A stretch of 64,000 nt of DNA from Eledone cirrhosa. Its lineage: Eukaryota. Below, in pieces: positions 40,061 through 54,535 of the stretch; the stretch's first letter is position 1; every line of letters begins with the position of its first letter. The notes below the pieces were generated by a model. It worked only from the letters and a program-made list of their open reading frames with translations, ran no database searches and had not been told where the DNA came from. The DNA is taken from assembly GCA_964016885.1 (NCBI GenBank), contig OZ024740.1, positions 264,430,001 to 264,494,000 of the forward strand. Direction: 5' to 3'. A program made the translations under genes and the position numbers.

Positions 40061-40469
40061 GTTTACGTAGATTGGAATTGGAATTATTGGTGCTGTAACT
40101 ATATAAACGATCTTGCCTTTTTCATACAGTTGATTCCAAGAGAGGAAAGAAGGAGTTACTTCATTAATGGAAAATGTGTTCACCTATGTTTTAACATTAT
40201 ATATGTATTGTCGTCATGGCCATCCTCTTTTTCCATCCCTAGTTTCTGAGTATATTTATTCTTCTTTTAATGTATCTTCTGGTGGCTGGCTAGACAGATG
40301 CTTTAAAAGAATAATTGGAAAATATAGGAAACATTTGATGGTTAAAGGAGGCCTTTGCTGGAGTTGGCGAATCTTCCTTCGCAGGCTTTTATCCTCTTTA
40401 TTTCTTAGGCAATTTTCCTCAAAGTATTCTTTTTAAAAGGATTGAGCCACGTTTTTCTGTCTTACCTGG

Positions 40470-40640
40470 TGTTCCCTAGATATAGAATCAATCTTGGATC
40501 TCTTCATTACATATTTCAATTGGTCTTTGTAACGTTTCCACTTGTCTGTGCTGAGCTTGGCGTAACAACTTTGACGTGACAATCTAATGTTACTCATGCG
40601 GTGGATATAAAATAGCCATCTAAGGCAGGTGTCTCAATAT
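40470..40640 (-). pseudogene. RTE LINE ORF C-terminal scrap
   Basis: IHRMSNIRLSRQ..YAKLS...KRYKDQLK. Confidence 0.55.
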
Positions 40641-41282
40641 CAAAGACTCAAAACAGCCACTATGTCTTTGAGGAGAGGCACAGGGGACAAAATTAAGAAG
40701 AATGGTGTTCCACTATGTCTAATGCTAATCAGCAATACAGCTAATATGTTGCTACATATATCACATGCTTTATCAAACTGAATACGCATATGATAGTAAA
40801 TGGGCTATGTAAATTAGTACAAAACATTGGTGATCACATTTTCCGTTTCAAATTTTCCTTAATTTGGCTTTTACATTTGGTAGATTCTCCTTTCGGCATT
40901 TTATAGTATTTCATCTAGAAAATGAACCAAATTATACTAAAAACCTTTTGTCAAATCAGGAAAAACAAATTTGTTCAGCCACGATCTGCGGTCGGTGTAT
41001 TTGCGGCCTCTGATATAAGACAACATTTGATGATAATGGTCTCAATGCAAATGGCTTTGGCTCGTGGTAGGACTGTAATAATACTGATATATTCTTTTCA
41101 TTTAATGTTAATAATTGTTCGAATTTTCTGTTGATGGAATGGTTCCATTTTCGTATATTCCAGAAAATTATCTAATAAACACACACACACAAGCGCACAC
41201 ACATTTATTCTACAACAATCACACACATATATATAGAGTTACATATTACATCTCTACGTAGATATATAAGCATGTGCATTCT

Positions 41283-41313
<31 letters not shown>

Positions 41314-41315
41314 GC

Positions 41316-41365
<50 letters not shown>

Positions 41366-41367
<2 letters not shown>

Positions 41368-41592
41368 AAGGCGGGTAAAATTCCCGAAATCCATGGACGA
41401 GTTCTCTCTTCGCTGCCATGTCCTGCGTCTCCAACAGACCAGTGTCTGTCCTTAGGGCATCAACATACGTTAACCTTGGTATTCCTCTTCTAGTGTGTCC
41501 ATGTAGGGGCTTCCAAAGGAATATTGAGTGCAATGTCAACTCTGGATGTCGGTGAGCATGTCCAGCCAACCCCAGTCTCCTCTGTGTATCAT
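41366..41592 (-). pseudogene. RTE-type LINE ORF C-terminal fragment between (TA)n tracts
   Basis: RRLGLAGHAHRHPEL...[27 protein letters not shown]. Confidence 0.75.
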
Positions 41593-41594
41593 TG

Positions 41595-41641
<47 letters not shown>

Positions 41642-41680
41642 ATATTAAATAAATAAAAACTATATTTATAAAACTATATT

Positions 41681-41741
41681 TATTCTATTCTATATATTTC
41701 AAGCGTACCAAAATGTTGGTACGCTATCATCAGATAAAATA
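41681..41741 (-). ncRNA. Hammerhead with perfect 10-bp helix II; cleavage-site U apparently mutated
   Basis: UAUUUUAU-CUGAUGA-u-AGCGUACCAA-cauu-UUGGUACGCU-u-GAAA-UAUAUA-GA-AUAGAAUA. Confidence 0.65.
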
Positions 41742-43698
41742 CAAAATCTGTTATCAATATTTGACATAACCAAGGATAATATACCTTAACGGTTCAAGTT
41801 ATCACTGGAAAGTGACTTGAAATGATATGAAATGTATCGACACGACAGTGTCTTAGTACTTATTACAAGGCGTTTCAACTGGTATTTTGCTTTACGTTAT
41901 GTAACAAGTTAGAAACCAGTATAAAAATCTTCTCGATATCTTCGTCCGCTAATACTGTATACTTCTATTGGTATTTTCATTCCGTAGGGAAACAATGTAT
42001 TTTGTAATTTGGCACTTTGAAGTAGGTGATCATTTTTATGTAATGACGACGTGTAACTCGTTAATATCTAGTAAGCAACGGTACTCCGTAGTATTTGCTT
42101 TATATAATTTTCCTTGTATAAGTCATAATATGTCAGTAATCTTTTGTTCGCTACATTCAAGTAGAGAGTATATTACCCCATGCTCTGTACAACAGAATAT
42201 TAAAATCTAACGCCATGTTTACTTCTGTATTTGATATCATAATTAGTATATGCTATCGTCGCAATCAAGCGAGAGTTATATCGGTTTAGAATGAACATCA
42301 ACGACAGATGCAACATTTTTCTTGTTTTTCAGTTTACTAGATGATATTTACAACTTTTACCAATATATACCAAACACAAACACACCACCCGCTCAAATTA
42401 TACATAATTGAGTTATTTCACTGGAAACTTTGAAGATAGTAATTAATTCCAATAAGAGATGTTAAGAGCACACACCAGTTACACCCAGAAGCTGATGTCG
42501 AAATACCGAAACGACGATGATAACGTGTCAAATACTCTGGGCAGGGCTTATTGCGCACGTAGAAAATGAACTACACCTGAATCAACTTACTGGGGCCAAC
42601 TGGACATTGACAAATATCCACGTGATAGGCAAAAAAAAAAAAAAACGTAAACTGCATAGAAACTAAAACAATTTATATACCTGGGAAATATGAGAGAATG
42701 CGATAAATAAGTAAATGAATATGCGTGGACGTGAAGTTTTAAGAAAGGATGCATTATGTTTTCGAACCATTAAATACAGATCCGTGAAACTTATTTCACC
42801 TAACCGTATTATTTCCAGCATACCTGATATTTTGAAGATCTCAGAATGTGGTAAGTTTGGATTTGCCCTTCCATCGAATTTGCAGGAACGTGCACAAGAA
42901 AAAGTTATAATAATCTACGAATAAAAATCGCTTGCCAGATGTGCAAAATCCTACTTGTGCAGTGTGCAGCAAAATGTGTACTATGTTGCATGTGACTGTC
43001 ATAAAAGCATATCCATGTGACTATCATTCTACAACCATACAAAATCTTATATTGAATGGCTGTTATTATGAGTTTTATTTACCGTGAATGCTTGAAATCT
43101 TATACATTTTCAGCTGGTTTGAAGAGATATCTTAGGGCACACTGGCGTGTGACTGAAGAGATATTGTCTGAATTTCAAAAGGCAAGTTTTAGTAATATTA
43201 TAGAAGACATTTCCTCCAGCTCCCACTCAGAGGAATTCAAACGGAACTACGTAGCTGCGAAAGTACGTCTTTGCAAATTACTATTTTATAAATTTAAATA
43301 AAACTTCGATAAATTTCAGAGGTATTATCGTCTTCGCCAATGGAAATCAATTTGTAATACTTTTACCATCATTAAGAAATGAGAATTTTTAGATAGACAA
43401 TCTAATCTAATCTAATCTGGCCGAGTTCACACTAGCAAATAAGAAGAACCAAGGCCGCTCGTAGGAACATTGGATTTGGTGTACTTCATATTTGTTTCGG
43501 TTGCTGAATACAGTCAAGGGTCACTGCTTTTCCTGAAGGTCAATAGTTCCCTTCTAACTCGAGCGGGTGCACATTTCAATTGTCAATTTACATTGATCAT
43601 CTGCAAAGCCGCATTGTTCTCAGAACCACTACAACAGTCTTTCGATGCGTGCAGCTGGAACTACTGCCACCCATTGATTTGGAAGGATTTATTTTTCT

Positions 43699-43890
43699 AG
43701 ACGGCCTTTGACTCTTATGAGTACTTCCGCCCTTTGTCAGGTTTTATTTTGTGCCCGGCAGGGTGTCCAAAACCACCCTCCTCACTAAGTAAACTTGGTG
43801 GGGCTGCCGGTTTAGTCGCCGACGACACGACCATGCGCCAGGTTGCACTGGGTTACATGCTACAAGTAGCACTCAAGAGTGACCTGACAT
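43699..43890. repeat. Dispersed repeat; inverted partial copy at ~51895-51980
   Basis: GACGGCC.TTGAC.CTTAT.AGT..TTCCGCCCTTTGTCAGGTTTT is shared between the two sites. Confidence 0.6.
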
Positions 43891-44672
43891 AAACAATTCC
43901 ATCTCAACTCATTGACTTTAGTAAATAGCTTTCAATTCAGATAGCAAAAAGCATATTTAATAAATACAGGAACGTAAAATCGGAACTGTTAGCAGCCCGT
44001 CAGAGGTGGGCGTTCCGCGAGATGGGGTAGTGATTGCAGCGAGTGTCGCTAGGCAGCTTTTGCAGTTTTATCCGTGGGGCACAGCCGAAATAACGCCCGA
44101 GCTAGATGTAGAGACTATCCCTCATCTCTTCCCCTTTTATTTCTTCATTACTTAATAGCCCTTGTTCTTTTCATATAGTCCTTGCTCATTCCCTATTTTT
44201 CTTCACGTTTATTTTATTTATAGTCCCTTCCTTTACTTTCCAGATCTTACCTTCTTTACACTTTAGCCCCTTTTTTTATTACTTAATTTTCTTTTTATCT
44301 TTGTATATTTTTTATCATCTTATAACTTTTGTTTGTAAAATACAGTTGGCATAAAATTCTTTGTTTATTTACAGAAAATTATTGAACGTATTTTAAAATA
44401 TTTCTTAAAATACTAATACGGTACAGAGAGGTATAAAACAATTTTATAAAAGTTACTATATTATTGATCTTTTTTAAATACTCTAAATTTCACTTATATT
44501 CGGAGCGATGAAAAAGAATTGCAAGAAATAAAATGTATGTAAAAAATAACGTTAAAACAACCAAGAAAAAAAGCAATACAAATATACATTGTTATAGAAT
44601 GTTTCTACATTTAAGGAACATCTGTGTACAAGTCACGTATGTGTCTATATATGCATTTACACCCATCCCTTG

Positions 44673-44780
<108 letters not shown>

Positions 44781-44792
44781 ATATACATATGT

Positions 44793-44861
<69 letters not shown>

Positions 44862-45165
44862 ATGTGTGTGTGTGTGTGTGTCTGTCTGTGTGTTTGTGTG
44901 TCCCTGTGTCTTTGTGTGTGTATGTGTGCCTGTGTGTTTGTGTGTGTGTGTATTTGTTGAATTATTACCTGCACTATTGTTTTTATTAACTCCTGTTTGT
45001 TTCTATATTTCGGTACTATTTATTTCCTTTAGTTGTTTGGTGAGAAATATAACAAGATATATTGGACATGATTATTCGAAACAAAAACATTATATATATA
45101 TGCATATATATCTTCATCTACAATATATATATAAATGTATGTGTGTGTGTATGCATATATCTATA

Positions 45166-45262
<97 letters not shown>

Positions 45263-45734
45263 ACAGGGAATGTAACGTCCCGTTACTGTAGGTTCACCAG
45301 AGTCGGGCTAAATAGAATACAGATCGAACCTTGAGCTGATCAAAAGCTAAACGCGCGTCACTACTTACTATGAAGCACTGTATCTTCCCGAGAATTCGTT
45401 TTTGTGGAAAGTTCATTCACCTTATGTTCAGTGTTACTTCATAGTTAGGTTTCTCCTTTGTATAACTGGAACAAACCTCGTCAAAACCGACGGAGGTCAA
45501 AGATATTATAATAAACACACTCCCACATATAAAGGAATGAACGCTGGAGTTAGTGTAAAATATATATATAATTCAAATAATGTAGATGTAATTAACCGAG
45601 GTTTCATGACGGGAATTTGAAAATTGTTATGAAGATTACTGTTATATAACACCGGAATAAAATGAGGAGAAGTTTATAAAAGGATGTGAGAGAACTGAGG
45701 TTTTTTAGAAAATCGCTATATAGAAATCAAAACG

Positions 45735-46020
45735 GTAGGCGTGTGGGTTAGTATTTAGGGAACTGACGATGAGTTCAAGTCCTGGATCTAGTATCACTTT
45801 AAACAAGGCACTTTAATTCATGTTGCTGGGAAAATAATAATTGCGGTGGCTCATTGTTAAATTGTATCGGTCTTTATCTTTCCTTCGGGCAAAATCTGTG
45901 GCTTGGAGATGGGGGTGTCATACATCATCCACAAAACCAGTTTCCCAGGCTTTCGCTTTGGTGTTAAAGGGGAAATTTCCAGGTGCGGATCCATGATCAG
46001 TCATTAAAATGGCAGAATAA
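45735..46020 (+). mobile_element. Second SINE family (decayed); related copy at 55800-56110
   Basis: B-box-like GAGTTCAAGTCC and a shared body (CAAG.CACTTTA.TTCATGTTG...CCATG..CA.TCAT). Confidence 0.5.
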
Positions 46021-46039
46021 GGAAATTATATATATATAG

Positions 46040-46430
46040 GCTGGTTTCTGATTTGGGTAAAAGGCCAACAAATTTATTTTATCGATCCTTCAAGGATGAA
46101 AGGCAAAGTTAACCAAGGTGAGATTTGAACTCAGAACGCATAGATACTTAAATATATGCCGAGAAAGATTTTGTCCGACAATCTTCCGATACTATGAATC
46201 CACCACTCTCAAATTGTTTATATATAACAATAAACATTAAATATATATGAAATAATTGTTTCTACTTTAGGCACAAGGCCAGCAATTACCCAGTGCATTA
46301 CTGGTACTTTATTTTATCGACCTTGTAAGGATGAAAGGCAAAGTCAACCTCGGCGGGATTTGAACTCAGATCGTAAAGGGACGTAACTATGCTGGAAAGC
46401 ATGGCGTCCGACCCTCTACCGATACTGCCA
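46040..46430 (-). mobile_element. Two adjacent tRNA-derived SINEs (46040-46207, 46252-46430)
   Basis: TTTTATCGA...GGATGAAAGGCAAAGT.AACC..GG.G.GATTTGAACTCAGA occurs twice. Confidence 0.8.
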
Positions 46431-47614
46431 GAAATAATGCCTATAAATATTTAACAAGGCAGGTTGCGATTAAATATCACATGAAATGTTGGTATGATAG
46501 CTGTCAATTAATATGTATGAGTGGGTAAACCTATATTTATTATATAATCTTGAGAGTGTAATTTTTACTGATAAGTTAATGACTTAGGGAACACGGGAAT
46601 TTGGGTGAAGGGAAGCAGGATTTAAACTGAGTGCGATTTTCAAAGACCCTATGTAATGTATTTACGTTTATATAATACGTTGCAACTTTCAATTTTAAAA
46701 TGTGTACCATATGGGATGTATTTGTGAACAGATTCATATTTGTCACTAATAATTTATTTTATATTTGATACATATACTGGCAAACCTCACATGAACAATA
46801 TTAATAAGCCAGTCAAACTTAGACGCCACCACGAACAATGTACAGACGATTCTACCAGTATATACGGCAATATACTAAAAAAATATAAAAACAACACATA
46901 CACATTCATATCTTCTCGCTTTTATACTTTTCCCGTTTTTTTTTTTTTGTTTTTTTTTTGTTTTTTTTGTTTCTAATCTATCTACGTGTACGCAACTAAC
47001 GAAGGACTATCATCCGATACGATAAACTTCTTTTCTCGCTTTCATCTAAAGCGTGAACCTAATAACCACACATTTTTTTGTATCTCTGTATTTGTCATGT
47101 TTATTATAGATATATATATTTATATACAAAAATACAAACAAAGATATACGCACGATTCCCAAACGCAGCGCACATTCTTGTACATTTAAGTATATATATA
47201 TGTAAAACAGAAATTGTGGCGTTCTTATTCGCTCACACCTAAGGTGTGCGTAAATATACGTATGTAGATCCACCCGTGTGTGAACGGGTGCGTGTATTAA
47301 GGGTATATAACAGCTATTTTGTGTCAGTATATCACAATGGTCAATGACTCATCTCCCTTTATATGAATATAAAAGGAGAAATTAGTTTAGCTTACAGCTG
47401 GATGTATTATCGCAAGTAATGATAATGATGTTGCGTTGAGGTGCGTGGTTTTGTGGAATGTGGTGGTATACATGTTACTGAAAAGATTTGCTTACCTAAA
47501 TATTCTCTTCCGTTTTCTTTATTTCGAGGCAAGGTGTAAGCACGTACAGAAACACATGCACACACAAATACACAAACACACACGCTCACACATACATACA
47601 TACAAACACGCACA

Positions 47615-48560
<946 letters not shown>

Positions 48561-49072
48561 TGTGTTTGAACATCAACAATTATGCGATATACGATTGAAG
48601 AAAAACAATAAACCTTCAGGTAACAGCTCGTATTCATTCTGAAGTAAATAGTCTTTCGATGTAAGCGTAGCCGGAGGTGGTATTCTCGCATGCGAAGTTC
48701 TGGGGACCAATTGTATAGATTGATGGATATTTTCCATACTTTCTTGTAATGGCGCCCCAGGCAAAATATTCAACTATTTATTTCCCAAGAAGACATAATC
48801 ATTTCGGTGAGTTCGGGTTTAGAAACAATATTTATAAAATTTCTCATTATTATCAACAACTAAGCAGGTCTGCGTAAGAGCAATTGAAATAATTTTGAAC
48901 ACAACGCCTATGAAACAACAATAACAACAACAACAGCAACAACAACAACAACTGTTCTCTGTGAAATAACAATGTACATGAGATCAATGCAATTCTTCCT
49001 GATATTGATCAATTGTGATTATTACTATTATTACTATTGTTATTCACACTTTATTCGTAATGTATTATTATC

Positions 49073-49125
<53 letters not shown>

Positions 49126-49319
49126 CAGTAGTAGTAGTAGTAGTGGTGGTTGTTGTTGTTGTTGTCGTTGTTGTTGTTCTTCTTACAATGGACGTAATCA
49201 GAGTAATAATTTGATTCGAATTATGGTAGATACCGGATGTGGATGGCTATATCACGAGAGCAAGTATCAGTATTTGTCAGCAGAATATGAATATTAGTAT
49301 TTAATATGACTAAAAATGT

Positions 49320-49470
49320 TAGTTCAAATCTGAGTTCAAATCCCGCCGACATTAGCTTTACCTTTCATCCTTAAGGAGTCGATAAAATAAAGTCCCATTC
49401 AAGTACAAATGTCAATTTAATTGACTTTCCCCTTCACGAAAATTGCTGGCCTTGTGCCTAAGTCAAGGAA
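49320..49470 (+). mobile_element. tRNA-derived SINE
   Basis: GAGTTCAAATCCCGCCG...CCTTTCATCCTTAAGGAGTCGATAAAATAAAGT. Confidence 0.75.
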
Positions 49471-49767
49471 TCAATATGACTACAAAAGTTATATTTAAAC
49501 GCAAAAACACATACTTCCCATAGTCCCAGATTTATACCTTCAAAATGGCTGGCTAATACACATGTGTGTTTTATTCTCATTTAGTTCCCCTTCCTTCCTC
49601 TTCTCACTGTTTAACTTTCTATGTTATCTTTTATTTCTGATTCTATCTTCTGATGAAGGGCAAGCGCTCCACTCCAAATGTTAAGATACTTTTCCTGCTA
49701 TTTCAAGCGTTAAACTAATATATTTCTTCAATGTACTGTGTCGCTTACTTTGTTATTTATCTTTACT

Positions 49768-49798
<31 letters not shown>

Positions 49799-49824
49799 AG
49801 CACACACACACACACACACACACG

Positions 49825-49912
<88 letters not shown>

Positions 49913-50009
49913 GAGAGAGATAGATAAGTTAATTCCGGGTTGAATCGGAGGTAACCACAGTAAGTAAGGTCCTCAATACATAGCAGTGTATAAAAGTATT
50001 AATATAGAA

Positions 50010-50062
50010 GAGCTTCTACAGGACGAGAACTGTTTCATTCGTGAGAAATATTAAGGAAGCTC
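50010..50062 (-). ncRNA. Degenerate hammerhead (core decayed to CUUAAUA)
   Basis: Perfect 7-bp helix I GAGCUUC/GAAGCUC; GAAA-CAG..CUG-UA is intact. Confidence 0.55.
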
Positions 50063-50920
50063 TGTGTGTGTGTGTAAGAAGTAATTACAATATCTAAATA
50101 CTATACATTATTCATGGTTTTTCCGTTCAATCTTGTTTATGTATATAATTATTGGTTATCCGTGTGTTCCAATGTACGATTTTCTGGGCAAATAAAGTTA
50201 TGGAAGCCCGAAATGTAGAGCTACATACATATGTTGGTTTAAGCCATTGATTAATTAGGCTATAATCTACAAACAAGCGTGGAACAAAATACATAAAATT
50301 GCCGATAGAAAATTAAAAAGAATCCTCTTAAGATTTTGTGAAAGTAAGCTTTGATGTAAACCTATTGGGCCGACACGTTTGTGTAGAGAACTTCAAGCGA
50401 CGGAATCTAGAGGAGAGAGATATATAAAGAGGGGGGTGGGAGAGGGGGGGGAGAGAAAAACAGAGAGGGAGAAGGAGAGAGAGAGAGAGAGAATCATAGG
50501 AGGAATAATAGATATAACCAAAGAACGATAAAGGATAGTAGTCAAAAAGCAAGATCGGAGAAAAACATACCATTGAACGAGAGAGTTGAAAGAGTATGAT
50601 TCACTGTAAGTAAGAGGTTTCTACAGTTATAATCAACTACATATACATGTATGTACTCAGGTAACTGTGTATATATGTTGGTGCGTATGTATGTGTTCAT
50701 ATGAGTATATATTTGTATAATCTGACAGTACATGTATGAAAGTGTTTTAAACTAGATTTGATTTCCTTTCAAAGATTTATGTAACTTTTCAAAGTCTTAT
50801 TAGTATTACTCGCACATATCATGTTCCTTACCCTCCCCTTCTCTCTTTCTATACTCACTTATACACACACATATATATATACATATACATCCATACATAC
50901 ACACGTACGCACACACACAC

Positions 50921-50966
<46 letters not shown>

Positions 50967-50980
50967 GAAAATAGAGAAAT

Positions 50981-51166
50981 TAATTGTTTCTACTTTTGCA
51001 CAAGGCCAGCAATTATCCCAGTACATTACTTTACTTTATTTTATCGACCCCGTAAGGATGAAAGGCAAAGTTAACCTCGGCGGGAATTGAACTCAGATCG
51101 TAAAGGGACGTAACTATGCTGGAAAGCATGTCTTGCCCTCTACCGATACTGCCAATTCACCGCCCT
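50981..51166 (-). mobile_element. tRNA-derived SINE
   Basis: Near-identical to 46252-46430 and 62375-62556. Confidence 0.85.
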
Positions 51167-51668
51167 TATAATAGAGAAATTAATGTAAGCAAGAAGCCGA
51201 CAGTAATTCAGACATATAAGTGACAATAACATCAAGGTGAAAAATATTTAACGTAAGATATGGGAAAATAATTCAATCTTAATTCAAAACAAGTCAAAAA
51301 GAAAAAAACTAATAGAATCTTAACGCAAGATAAAATCAAGAAGAAATACTTATCCGTCAATTTGGGAAAATCTACAAATGCACTATATAGTCTTAAAATA
51401 CTATTTCACGAAACTTTTTAGTGGGGTTAATCACGGTTGGATCGTTCATCAATAGTGCTCGAAACGTTAACTAAGTCACACAGCTAAAATATGCCAGAGG
51501 GGAATTTAAAAGCAGGCAAGTCAAACATCGTGTGGAATTGAAATAATAAAAAACACACGTGGAGACTGGCTAGTGATGCCAGGATCAGATGACTCAACAA
51601 GAGGTTTCCTTAGGTATTGAGTTTGTGAGATCTCGGGAATTCCTATGCAAGTCAATCTTGGTGTAATA

Positions 51669-51848
51669 ATAGTGAAAGAGTGAAGAAGAACATGGTCAAC
51701 AGTACAAAAAGGGATTTATTTACAGTATTAACAATTCTTTCACTGATTGAGTTGTCTAAATATTTTTGACAAATTAATCAATGAAACAATTGTTAATACT
51801 GTAAATAAAACCCTTTTTGTACTGTTGACCATGTTATTCTTCACTCTT

Positions 51849-51855
<7 letters not shown>
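51669..51855. repeat. ~187-bp imperfect palindrome abutting (TA)n
   Basis: ATAGTGAAAGAGTGAAGAA...TTCTTCACTCTTTCACTAT. Confidence 0.9.
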
Positions 51856-51893
<38 letters not shown>

Positions 51894-52595
51894 TGGTGAG
51901 GACGGTGATATTGGACACCCAGCAGGACAAAAAACAAAACCTGACAAAGGGCGGAATAACTTATAAGTGTCAACGGCCATCCGAAATTGTGTAAATATGT
52001 ATAAGCACATGTATATATCTATGTATATGCATATGTGTATATACATGTGTGCATATGTATGTATATACGCGGGGACATAGAAATAGTCGGGCTGGACATC
52101 CGATCGCGCATTAAACCTCTGGGAGTGAAGGACCCCTACACTTGTTCAGGGCATTCTTCTGGGAGAAGGCAACTCAAGAAACTGGGATAACTCCGATATA
52201 AAACCTGCGGCTCAGTAGTTACCGATAATGTTGATTTTTTCTTCTTTTAGGGTTATAGCTACTGTCGCTCAGAGAGAGGGATTGGCTCAGTGCACAGTCT
52301 TTCTTCACGCACAGGCATTGCACGATAGAATTAATTGATAATTATTAATAATGTTATATCGTGCAATAACCATACTCGATTAAGAGGGTGTAGCCATCAT
52401 ATATATATATATATATATATAAACTAATGAATGAATATTAACAAAGAGAGGACTAAACAACGGACGGAAACAAGGCAAAGCAAAAAACAATTTTCTAAAG
52501 GGAAACCATAGAAAATTATTTTTTACAAATGAAAATACAAACGAAGGACACATAACTCTAGGATCGTCGGGCGTTGAAATAGATTTTGGCAGTTT

Positions 52596-52733
52596 TGTCT
52601 GTGTGTCTGCGTGTGTGTCAGACCCTGTGACACCGGGTAGACCAGCAGTACCGTTGGTAGGGGACGCCCTACCAACGGTACTGCTGGTCTACCTGGTGTC
52701 ACAGGGTCTGACACACACGCAGACACACAGACA
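52596..52733. repeat. 138-bp palindrome (67-bp arms, GACG loop, one mismatch)
   Basis: Mirror coordinates sum to 105329. Confidence 0.95.
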
Positions 52734-53479
52734 CACCACACACAGACACCACACATACACACGCGCACACACACATATATATATGTGCCTGTGTGTGTTT
52801 GTGAGTGCGTATGTAATTATATAAGTCTACTTAAGTTGATTTAGGTGTAACTAAAGATTTTTTAAATTCAAATCACTATATTCAGTTATACGAACATTTG
52901 AAGTTTTCGATATGTAATTGCAGACATCAATAACAACTTCTAGAAGAATCATCTAATTAATAAAATTCATCACCGTTGCAATCATATTTCATGGATCTTC
53001 TTACGAAATAAATTTTACATTTGGAGAATGAATGTCTTTATTGTGAGGTTGGGATGTGATAATAAGCAAATTGTATATATATATATAGGGAGAGTGGGGC
53101 AGTCATGTCTTTATTATTCTGCTGGTTTAGAGCCGCAGGGAATTGCCAATGGTTGATGGATTGGCTGTCTCTGTGACGTAATATACAAATATAAAGAAAT
53201 CAGTTTTGTCCTGCAGAAGAGTCATTAAAATTGGCATTCTGAATGTGAGAATTCTTCGGAAGTTGAGAAGAGGAAAGAGTTAGGTCATCAGTTCTAGGAG
53301 AGTGGTATGCAGATACTTCTGATCCAAGAACATAGAATCCTAATATGATGCCCTCGTGAAGAGAATGATGATGGGAAAAGAGGAGGCTGCTCACCACAAC
53401 ATCAGCTGTAGAAAAGTGTTCTGAACCAAGAAACCTAGTTATTTCAGTCGACTGAGCAGTTACCACTGGCATGTTATAA

Positions 53480-53940
53480 ATGAGGTCGGGTGAGCTTTAG
53501 AAAGAATTAGGCTAAACGCCGGAGAGCTATCTTGACTGAGATGCTTTCAAGGAAGATGATAAGCTACAGAAGAGGTACATGGGGAGAAGTTAGGAAGAAG
53601 TTCAGTGCTCTATGTGGAGAGGCAGACGAGAGAGAGGACTGAAGAGAGTGTGACATGGAGGTACGGGTACTTCACCACTGTAGTAGCAGAAGCAAGTGAG
53701 GCCATGCTGCCAAGGAGAGAGAAGAAGAAGAGTGAGGACATCTCTTCAGGCCTTAAAGTGTGTGCAGCCAGAGAACACTTGAAAGCTCTGAAGGACCAAT
53801 GCCATGGTGATGCTATGGAGGAGCAGATGGAGTATGTGGAGGTGATGAAGGAAGAACTATGTGCCGCTTGCACAGGACGTGCTGCTGGAGAAGATCAACA
53901 GTAGAGAGCGACTGAGAGGTGTAAGGGTAAAGAGAGCATG
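53480..53940 (+). pseudogene. LINE APE-RT linker fragment (RTE-like)
   Basis: EVRKKFSAL...YGYFTTVVAEASEAMLPRREKKKSED resembles the post-endonuclease region. Confidence 0.4.
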
Positions 53941-54038
53941 ACGATCAAAACGGAATCTCAGGGAGGAAGAGAAATTGTTCGAGTCAGAACTGAGTAACAT
54001 ACATCAAAACATGCACACACACACACGCGCACACACAC

Positions 54039-54146
<108 letters not shown>

Positions 54147-54493
54147 ACACACACATCTATCTATCTATATATATATATATCCGAACATACACAGAGCGGC
54201 AGAGATGCATGTGGAACGGCGGGAAATAAGTATATATATATATATATTTGTGGGTGTGTTGTTGCATGTCTGCATGTCTGTGGGGGTGTGTGAATGCGCA
54301 CATGCATCAATTCGTGTAGTTATGTGTACCTGTAAGTATTTATGTATGTATGTATGTATATTTGAAATCGTATGTTTATAGAAGAGAAATAAAGTTCATC
54401 ATAATAATTAATGACTTCCAACACTTTTAAGCGAACTAGTAAAATCAATAATCTAAAATGTACAAAAACCAACGGCAAGAGCAAAGCAAACAC

Positions 54494-54535
<42 letters not shown>

